DNA of 64,000 nt from Massalongia carnosa (lineage: Eukaryota): NCBI GenBank assembly GCA_965645245.1, contig OZ287082.1, positions 434,001 to 498,000 on the forward strand. Reading direction: 5' to 3'. A program made the position numbers and the translations under genes. Positions 51,320 through 60,684 of this stretch are shown in pieces (position 1 is the first letter of the stretch; the number at the start of each line of letters is the position of its first letter). Under the pieces are notes generated by a model that saw only the letters and a program-made list of their open reading frames with translations, did no database searches and was not told where the DNA came from.

Positions 51320-52949
51320 ATGACTTCTCAAGAATTTACCCTTCCACTTCTACGAGGTAATACTACATTAGAAGTTGCCCTTGAGCAGGAGGAAAACATA
51401 CTACTTGACTTGGCATACCCTAAGCAGCGAGTGGATTTCTTTGTATGGCTCAGGCGTCATCGCAGAGACATCGAAGATACTGTGTCATATCATCTTGGCC
51501 TGACTCGATCAGAGACATGTCGGGTTGGAGAAGTGAAAGAGTGGATACACGGCAGCTTCAATGTTTGCATACCCGTTCACATCGATAACTGGAACAAGCA
51601 CCCCGGAAGACGAGTCCTCATCAGATTCCCTTTACCCTACAAGATAGGAGAATCGACACATCCTGGCAACGCAGAAGAGAAACTCCGCTGTGAGGCTGCT
51701 ACATATATTTGGATACAAGACTACTGCCCCGATGTTCCAATATCTTACCTATGGGGGTTTGGATTTGCTGGTGGTCAAAGTGTATATGACTCAAATGCAT
51801 TCTAATGTTTACTCCTAAAGCTAATTCAAACTTGTTTAGTTTACCAAACCTCAGAACGCACCTTTCAAGCCTAGATTGTTTTGGTACCTTCGAAGATTTA
51901 TATCATCATTGTTCGGATCTACCTTACACGATCGTTATATAAACCACCGCCGTCAATGTCTCTTAGAGCATGGATACCTGGTCATGGACTACATTGAGAG
52001 CACAGGCGTGAAGATACTTTCGGAGACATGGGATGAATATCGCTATAGCCAAAGTCAAAGGTTGAACCTCTTCAGAGATCTATCTCGTATCATGCTTTCC
52101 ATGAGTCAATTCTCTCTGCCTCGTATTGGATCTTGGACACTGGACTCAAATGGGGTCTTACAGCTTACCAACCGTCCTTTAACCCTACAGCTTCAACAAT
52201 TAGAGAACGGAGGCATTCCCACCAACATCGATAGGAACTTGACTTATTTAGCAACAGATTCGTACTATCTCGATCTCTTATCTTGCCATGATAGGCGTTT
52301 AGAGCATCAACCAAACTCTTTGAACGATGAGAGCGATGGCCGTGCCCAGATGGCAAATCTTACTATCATGCGGGCGCTTCTATCGCGTTTCACGAACCAA
52401 GAACTTCGTCATGGACCATTTCTTTTCAGGCTCACAGACCTCCATCAAAGTAACATCTTTGTGGACGATGATTGGCATATCAAATGCCTAATTGACCTTG
52501 AGTGGGCATGCTCACTGCCGGCTGAGACATTACATCCTCCATATTGGCTGACTAGTCGTCCTGTAGACGCCCTTCTCGGTGAACACCTCGATGCCTTCAG
52601 CAAGGCACATCACGAATTCATGGAGGTTTTCGAAAAAGAGGAGAAATCTCTTCCTCATATGAATGGTAATAGTTCGTACCGGACAGACATAATAAGGACT
52701 GGTTGGAAGATCGGAAACTTTTGGTATTTTGAGGCCTTAAATAGTCCTAAAGGGCTGTATAACATTTTCCGTGGTCATATTCAGCCAAGGTTTGCATCAT
52801 CTCATAATGTTGATCCGGAATTCCCACGGATCCTGTCAGAGTACTGGACTGAGGATTCAGAGGGGTTTATAAACGCAAAGGTTCGAGATAAGGAGGCGTA
52901 TGAGAAAAAGCTGCGTTGGACTTTCGAAGATGCTTCTAAGAACATCTGA
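51320..52949 (+). CDS. APH-like phosphotransferase family protein; intron 51782-51839
   Basis: HGSFNVC, EKLRCEAATY, TDLHQSNIFVDDDWHIKCLIDLEW; intron restores the frame. Confidence 0.88.
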
Positions 52950-53098
52950 AAGCCCGCTTTCAAACAGCTATTGTCATGCAGGTGGTCTCAAAAATTGCAA
53001 AATAAGATAGATTTGAGATTGCCTAAAAGTCTACCTATCACCATGTTTGTGAATCGCATCGGCTTGCTAAGCAACTCATCTCATATATTCCTCGCTCG

Positions 53099-53338
53099 CT
53101 ATAGCCCTCGTTTACTCCTAGCGTGATCCCCTGAGGATGAGAGTTGATTCATTGTTTTCCCATCAAGGAGACCTCTGGTAACAGCTGCTCGATCCTCGTG
53201 TATCCTCTCTTCCTCGGCAGCGGCGGCAGCCTCAGCGGCAGCCTCAGCGGCGGCTTCAGCGGCGGCCTGGTCAGCGGCGGCCTGGTCAGCGGCGGCCTGT
53301 TCCTTGGCGGCGCGCTTTGCGTCTTCTTCGCTAGGCAT
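53099..53338 (-). CDS. small Ala/Glu-rich hypothetical protein
   Basis: 79-aa ATG ORF with low-complexity AAADQ/AAAE repeats. Confidence 0.35.
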   Translation of the reverse strand: MPSEEDAKRAAKEQAAADQAAADQAAAEAAAEAAAEAAAAAEEERIHEDRAAVTRGLLDGKTMNQLSSSGDHARSKRGL

Positions 53339-53791
53339 CTTAAGCTCTATACTCGAATCATCAGTCTAGTATTGGGGGCAAGTTATGTAGACTCTCTAAA
53401 TACATCGGAAAGTCCTCTGAGGCTGATGAATAGGGGGGCGAATTTCTGACCAGGTCTCTGTAATCTTTGAAGGCGTGAGGTAGTTTCGGGGAAAATCTGC
53501 GAATTTGCTACTCCTGAGAGGTTCTGGTGGGAAGTAGTCCCCGTTATAACATAGTTGAGACACGGGGCAATCTCTATTTGGAAGTGGCAGCATATACCTC
53601 GGTGAGATATAAATCTTGAAGCATGACTTATTGCGGCACTTTCTAAATGCGGCAACGTGATATGTGTTTATGCATGACGAACTGCCACAGGGAACGGCCC
53701 GAGCCAATGTTAGTTTGGCAGCTTATCATCGGCTACAGCACCAAGTCATTTGACACGCATATATATACGCAATGTGCTATCGAAAACAACT

Positions 53792-54371
53792 TTTTTATTT
53801 TATTAATTCATTAAGCGTATGCATCCTAAGGATATGACGCTGTGACTGCTATTTATGTACATAAACAACAATCAGGAAGTGGAAACCTGGCCCCTAGGGT
53901 AAAACCACTCCCTTGTTTCATGTTGAACGCAACAAGATCGTTCTTCTACCACGCGGTGCATACACCCAGATCTTCAAGCGCTAGGAATCCTATAGACTCG
54001 ATGAACTAGACAGTGTATTTCCACACGTTCGACGAACGTTCTCTCTCTTAAACGTTTTGATTCAATGAAGGAAAGACTGGCCGTGATCGAGGGCAGATCG
54101 TGGTGTCGTATAAATGAAGGTGTATAAGTGTGGCCATTCTGAATGAATGGGCTTTTTCGATGTGGTGAAAGGCTTCCGCCTGAGGGGTGTGGCCATTCCG
54201 AATGAATGAGCTTTGTATGTGTGCCTTCGAGGTAACGAATGATCAGTAGAGACGTTGATCGTTCAAATGGCCACCAAGGTGGACTTCCGCGTTGGCGATG
54301 ATCAGATATTGGCCACCTCCGAGGAGGTGTTGATAGCCTGCACCACGTAGAGGTTTCTGACCCAGCAGGCC
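53792..54371 (-). mobile_element. non-coding SINE-like retroposon with 5' HDV-like ribozyme and LINE-type 3' tail
   Basis: 13-bp TSD atcgaaaacaact (53779-53791, 54372-54384); A-rich tail; 3' stem-loop homologous to the LINE tail. Confidence 0.85.
54300..54371 (-). ncRNA. HDV-like self-cleaving ribozyme (predicted)
   Basis: GGCCTGC(P1) TG GGTCAGAA(P2) ACC(P3) TCTACGT(L3) GGT(P3') GCAGGCT(P1') AT CAA CACCTC-CTCG-GAGGTG(P4) GCCAA(J4/2) TATCTGATC(P2'). Confidence 0.8.
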
Positions 54372-55239
54372 ATCGAAAACAACTATTCACGTTCTGCGGT
54401 CACCAATGAAATGAATATCGGTGATTCATATATAGACTTCCTGGGATATCTAACGCTGCCATTCCGATAGGCAACAAGGGTTGATGACTCACGTTACTGC
54501 ATTTAGAAATGGCCATTACAAGTCTAGCTCATTGGCTATAATCCTTTTCGTTCACCGAGTGGAGGTGCGTACGATATTCAGTTGCTTTGATTGGATGAGA
54601 TGGAAATCGGCGATGCTCTGCATTTGGTTACGGTTTGCGGCCCGGGCCGTTCTATAACAGTGATTTGCTGAAATCCGTCGAACCTGAGCGACCTTGGCTG
54701 GAATCATCAAATCATGATGCGAGCCTTTAATATACAGAGTTAAATGTACTTTTCTGCATATAGCCCAGACGGCTACTGAACAATGACGTGCCCTGAGTCA
54801 TCGGCCCTGTGGGAGCTTCTGCTTGTTGGAGGCCTGCAAATGTATTTATTATGATGCACAGTACAGCCAATAAAGAAACGAAGGGGCGAAGGCAGAGACA
54901 CCGGGAACGGCCCTGGCCAACACTAAAGAGATGGCAGACTTGGTTGTGTAGGTGGGATTCGATTGAAAGTCGACGGCTCAAACGATTCCCACCATCCTCA
55001 GGCACCACACGGTAACAGCCGTCAGCACTTCGGCCGCGACAGATCTCTAACTTGCGCGCAATCACCATCCATCGATGCAAGACAACTCGCCCATGTACGC
55101 TACGCTCATCTTTTCGGATGCTTCTTGTCATTGAGCGCCTTTTTTCCATTCCGTGGATATATTGCCTTACCCGCATTCGTTATCTCTGGAAGTCGCGTCT
55201 CGCCTACATTTTCAGACGTGGCCCTCTCTCCCAGCTCAC

Positions 55240-55500
55240 GCTCCGGTTGACTGCGACAAGTGCAATCGGTCGTTTGGCAGTCGACAACAACACCTGAATT
55301 CTCCAGCTCATGCTCCAATGTGCAACGAATGCGACCGGTCTTTTGGCAGTCAGCAGGCTCTTAACCAGCACCTAAGCTCCCCAGCTCACGATCCGGTATA
55401 TGAGTGCGACGAGTGTGATCGATCGTTCGGTAGCCAGGAGTCCCTCGATCAGCATCTTAGCTCCCCAGCTCACGCTCCGCTACACAACTATGACTATCCT
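55240..55500 (+). pseudogene. C2H2 zinc-finger repeat gene fragment
   Basis: Three Cx2C-x-RSFGS...QHLxSPAH units; no coherent start or end. Confidence 0.7.
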
Positions 55501-55742
55501 GTAGTATTGGCTCTTAGTGCCATAAATTTCCAAAGATCCCGTACAAGAGGGCCCCCCTCCTCAACCAAGGCCATAAACATAGCATCTTCCGTCATTACAT
55601 CGGAATTGGCAACAACATATTGACAAACCAACTCTCTCAGTTTATCAATTCCATTATCCAAATCAGGGGTCCTCTCATCTGTGTATGTGTACCGCGCAAG
55701 ATCGACGATGTATTGAACTTTCAGTGCGTCGAGACGAAGCAT
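55494..55742 (-). pseudogene. fragment resembling the C-terminal helical part of fungal BTB/POZ proteins
   Basis: LARYTY..TPD...DKLRELVCQY...FMALVEEGG.LVRDL. Confidence 0.5.
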
Positions 55743-56002
55743 GCTTAGCGTTTGGTGGATAGGACGCTGAACACTTGGAGAATAGCCTTCAAGCTAGCCT
55801 GCTAACATCACTAACCCACGAGAATCCATAGAGATAAGTCAGAAGAGAGAGGCCAGAAGCCAGAAACAGCTGATATAAGGGCTCAAGGAGTTAAGAATTT
55901 ACTTTAAGAAATGTACATGTATATTAGTAATAGTTGCCCTATCGGGTTAGCCGCCGGGTGTTAATAAATTGTGTGTGTGTATATCTAGAGGCGCATACAA
56001 AT

Positions 56003-58941
56003 TCATACCAACTGTATATTTCCAATACTTGCTTCGCCGTCTCTAACATCTGCTACGGAAACCTTTCCCCGCAGGACTTTCTGTGCCCACACGAGACGAG
56101 TCCATTTACTTGGTTTCTCTTGCTCCTTCCCAAAGTTAAAGGACTTAAGCCACCGATGAGTCTGCCGCCTTCTCTCTAGTCGTGCCACAAATGTGATTAT
56201 CTGACACAGACACAAGGTCACAAAAATGGCAATAATAACGACAAAAGCTAATGGCTCGCCGCCCGATGTACCTACGTATATGACGATCGCTAGGATCCCG
56301 TATAATAACAAGACAAAAGCAATAACAAGCCATTGGGAGAGCACCCGCATCTCTTTGCTAGGTAGAGGTGAAAATGGCCGCCTGCGTAATAGATGGTTGG
56401 GGTCAAGAGTAGCTAGGGTCGCCAAGACGTTAGAACCTCTGTGCGTTGGATTTAGGAGGTCATCACCTACCAGCCTGCATAACAACTCTCCGCTGAGATG
56501 GCAAAAGTGTGAATTCAACTATAGGGATATCGTCAAGTGTTTGCGAGGATGCTTGTTTCCATTGAGTAGGATTCCAAATTTTGAAGGGCCGGTCGTAGTT
56601 CACAAGGATATCGTGCATAGAGTCCTCAAGCCCTTCTATGATTCTGAACTGAGCGCCAACTCCTGAGATACCACTTATAGACGTCGATCCCCCTGATTTG
56701 TCGATGAAGAGATATAGACGTTGTGCCGCCTGGCGAGCACCGGCGGACTCGTTCTGACTGTATTCGTCGAGTTGGATAACCAGGTCGAGGTCACGGGTGT
56801 AATCGACCAAGCGAAATTCTTTCGGCTGATTGGTCGAGTCTATCTGTAGGGCAATGTGATCAAATGACCCTTGCGCCATGAGCTCCAGGTCAAGAGTGTA
56901 GTAACGATCATTGGAAAGACGCAAGCGAGGGCCATCGACAAGCTTCGACCCAGAGATCGTCTGAGGGACCCAACTATCTTCCGCATAATCAGGATAAACA
57001 TCACGGACTAAGCCTGGCGTGTATAGTATGGACGCAGGCAATTCCTCGCAGCTTCGGATCAGGAGGTGGAGACGGTTTTGAGTGGCGGTCTGGGCTACCC
57101 GTTGGCTGTCAAAGTCTAAGATGCTAGCTAATATAATCATAGGATCACCAGTCTTCGTGGCAGAACGTTCTATAAGATTGTTCCAAGCGAAGATTAATTG
57201 AGAGACTCTTGAAGCGTCTATCCTATAATGTTTCTCGAGTTCCAGGCCTTGACGACGGTCATCTCCCAGGATTTCTTTCAGGGTAAGTGGAACAGACTGT
57301 TTGTATTTCGCTAGCAGTTTTGATCCAACAGTTAGGTCAGGTTTGTGTCCACTTCGCCAGTATCTCGATGGTTCAGGCAGTCCGGTCATCTTCCACAGGT
57401 CGGACATGTTCAGTGAGCAATCGCAGAATTTTAACCGTAACACTCGAGCTATGCTTCCTTCTTCGAGGGTCCATGCTCGTTGCATCCATCGTGAAAGGTA
57501 CACTCGCGCAGCGATTTCGTCAAAGTCAGATTTTCTTGCTATATGTTTTTCAAGCCCGGAATCAATGACTATAACTTCGAGAGCACCTCCATACACTGGC
57601 GTAATATGTCTGAGAGATTTATTTTTCATCTTCTCTGCCCAATCAAGAGTTATCGGGCCATGTGAGAAGGTATTGGGAATGCACAAGGTGTCCAGCCAGA
57701 AGTAGAGGCGGTTATCTGTGCGACGGATCAAGTTGGCGAAAAATGCAACAAACTTATCGATGATAAATACTTCACCTTCGATGCTTTTCCGTCGCTGCAG
57801 CATGATCGACGTCAAAGCCTTGAGCTGGCAAAGCCTGATTGAGTTTGAGCTTTTGTTACCCATACCGTCGGACCAAATATGGGATATTGCAAAAAAGGGC
57901 TGTTTCCTATCCCAAGTATGAAGCTTCAGATCGAGGTTCGAAGCCAGTATGATTGCACAGAGCTCAGGGGTTGAGATCGGGCATTCGGGACATGTCAGAT
58001 GCTGTGTACTGAGATCGTGCAGACGAGGGTACTCGATTCCAAGCGGTAGGTCGTAGGCAATGCATTTCTGTTCATTTCGACATCCGCTGTGGTCTGAAGA
58101 GATGTTGGAGATGCCATGAGAATCAAGACTGTCTCTTGGAGCAAGATTCGAAAGTAATGCCAGGAAGTTGACGGTGCAGTAATCAAATGTAGAGCAAACC
58201 GAGAGTGCGGATGTTGGACACCAGCCCCGAGCCTCGAAAAGCCTGCAGAGCAGTGCCACTGGTGGGGATAAGGGCTCAAGACGCTTTCCTCCGGGAAGAG
58301 GTACCAAACCTTGCTTTCGGTTTCTACGTGCCACTTCCTGAAAGCATATACCACAAATTGCTTTTAGCAACAGCTTCCAACCAAGGATAGGCTCGTGTAT
58401 CACGGTCGCTATAATTGTAGACGTCCTTCACTATTGACAAGAAGATCTTGATAGAGAGTAGGACTTCCTCGCATCGCGGACTTGCTATGCCGGTGAAGGC
58501 AATGTCGAAACGGTCGCTGGCCTCGATAGCTTTCCCAAGGGTCGCCAAAATATCCTTCTTTCGGGTCTTTGTAACATTGTTATGCGCTTCATCGAGAATA
58601 CCAGGAAGATCGGGTTCTGGGCAGCAAATCTTTCCAAAATTGATGACATCCCCGGCATCAGACACGATAGCCGATTTTAGGTCGCGAATAGGAATTCCCG
58701 AAACAAAAGATAGCAGGCTGAACAGGAGCCAGCATTGTGCAATAGCCAATGCGTCATACTCTTGCATTCGAGTTACGTGAAAGATTTGTCTGTCCCTCTC
58801 GAAAGACTGCTGGTCTTGATCGAAGTCAACTCGATTCTCAAACCACTCAAACGATACATCGTTGTTGTGGTAGAGAGGTGACTTCAGAAACGGTATTGGA
58901 TTTGCTTCAAACCCTTGCCTAGGCTTATATAGTGACTCCAT
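56003..58941 (-). CDS. HET-domain protein with C-terminal transmembrane segments; frame break near 58330-58400
   Basis: AISHIWSDGMGN, FWLDTLCIP, VYGGA.EVIVID, SRWMQRAWTLEEG; probable intron at ~56470 into a hydrophobic last exon. Confidence 0.8.
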
Positions 58942-59211
58942 GATGATTTGGTAAAAGTGTAGCTCGTAACGTACCGCCTAGTGTGGATTTTCGGCCCGAT
59001 ACCCGAGTTCAATTTCGAGAGGTGGGCTAGCTCCGCTACTTATACCCCCTTATTGCGAAAATGAGACCTAATATATCAGGCAAGGAAAACAACACCCTCA
59101 CGACTTCTGTAATCCCTATCACTGCCACTGCCACCCCCCGTCAAATCATGATCGTTTGGATAATAGCACTAACTGTGTCGAATCCAAACGGCTCCACTAT
59201 TGACAACAATT

Positions 59212-60534
59212 ATGACGCTTCTCCGCCGAGCGTCGTTTGACCCAGGCATACCATCTGGCGAATTTTCCGAGCAATGGACGTATCCAGGTGATGTCTTTTC
59301 AGTTCTCCTGATTCTTGGAGGCGATGTTGTGAGAAGGGCGCTTGCCCAGCTAGCGGGCACTGGTTTGACGCCAGTAACTTTTTCATTTGGTCTGTATTTT
59401 CAACCCCTAATGGCATTTGCTCCTAAATTGTGCGCTGACAGAATCGTAACAGGATGGGTCGCCTACGCCGTCACTGCCGTCGTCTCTGCCGTTGGAGAGA
59501 ACAAACTCATGCCGCTGCCGGATTGCACGTGCAAGGTCATCAACGGCGAGTCGAGTTATGTGCGCGACAATACTAGCTGGATACTGGGACGCATCATGAG
59601 AGATTACGAGAACTGGATGGATGATGCGATACGCGTGCGAGTCAAGGAGATGATTGAGGAGAGGTACCAAGCCGACTCTGAACGTGCCGAGAAGAAAAAG
59701 CCCGGTTCAGAAGTAAACATAACTCGTCGCACACAGGCAGGGCTCTGTGTGTCCTTCTATCGCGCCGGGCAGGCTAAAAAGGGTGCAATCTACCCTGATA
59801 AGGTGTATCTCAGCGGCTTCTTTGTTGCTCTGCTCCAGCTTGGCGTTGCGGCTACTCCATGTGGAATATGGGGAGACTGGTCGATTCTGCTCATCACTGC
59901 CGCTGGCATTGGACTGGCGTTCGTATCTGGCTCGCTCTCTCAATGGCGGAAGGAAAAGTGGGCATGTCGAACTGACCATGGTAAGACCGTGGTATTGACG
60001 CGCGGAAACGGTGCCCAGCATGCCATTGTTATCAGCGACTCCGACGGGATAGGTCTTGATCTAGAAACTCTAGCAGCAGGCCAGGCCAATGTCGATGTGT
60101 ATACTTCGTGTTCTTCCCGCATCCTCATTGGAGTACTTGCGGCGTTCTGGGTTTTGCTGCTTATATCTGCATCAGGCATTAAGAAAAACACCTGGTTTCT
60201 TCTTGGCGTCGGAGGTATTGGCATAGTTCAAAACATCTTCGTTGCGGGCTGGCACCGGAAACCCGAAGCTTTTGGCTTGCCACTCCACTACCAGGGCGTC
60301 ATTGGGATGCCCAAGGTGATGGATGCACTATACGAAGTCGAGAAGGCGCACCCTGGGCTCGGCTTCAGTATGCGCGAAACATTTTTCCCTGGCGGCATGC
60401 TCAACGATGATGAGAAGAAGGAATGGGCACGGTGCGAACAAATAGTGAAGGATATCAAGGCCGCGAAGGCTGCAACGAAAGCAGCATCTCAGACACAAGC
60501 ACAGCCGGTTTCAGTTGTTCAGACTTGGGATTAA
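59212..60534 (+). CDS. multi-pass membrane protein of unknown function; in-frame 63-nt intron 59390-59452
   Basis: Long ORF with several hydrophobic helices; GTCTGT..GCTGAC..CAG intron gives PVTFSFG|WVAYA. Confidence 0.75.
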   Translation: MTLLRRASFDPGIPSGEFSEQWTYPGDVFSVLLILGGDVVRRALAQLAGTGLTPVTFSFGLYFQPLMAFAPKLCADRIVTGWVAYAVTAVVSAVGENKLMPLPDCTCKVINGESSYVRDNTSWILGRIMRDYENWMDDAIRVRVKEMIEERYQADSERAEKKKPGSEVNITRRTQAGLCVSFYRAGQAKKGAIYPDKVYLSGFFVALLQLGVAATPCGIWGDWSILLITAAGIGLAFVSGSLSQWRKEKWACRTDHGKTVVLTRGNGAQHAIVISDSDGIGLDLETLAAGQANVDVYTSCSSRILIGVLAAFWVLLLISASGIKKNTWFLLGVGGIGIVQNIFVAGWHRKPEAFGLPLHYQGVIGMPKVMDALYEVEKAHPGLGFSMRETFFPGGMLNDDEKKEWARCEQIVKDIKAAKAATKAASQTQAQPVSVVQTWD

Positions 60535-60684
60535 TGAGCTTGTTAGGTCTAGCAGAAAATGCCTGGGCTGTCCTTGTACTTAAATGAGAGGGACAGAAAG
60601 TCGAGGCTAGTTTAGCCTTTAAATATGTAATACCTTAGTTGAATTGTAAAATAAATCCATACTCTGGAAACGCAAGGCTATAAA

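Noticed and set aside
53974..54390. 138-aa ORF across the SINE-like element
   Set aside because: Starts outside the TSD at a non-ATG codon and has no recognisable domain.
43858..60534. Starship giant transposon
   Set aside because: No tyrosine-recombinase captain or element boundary is visible in this window.
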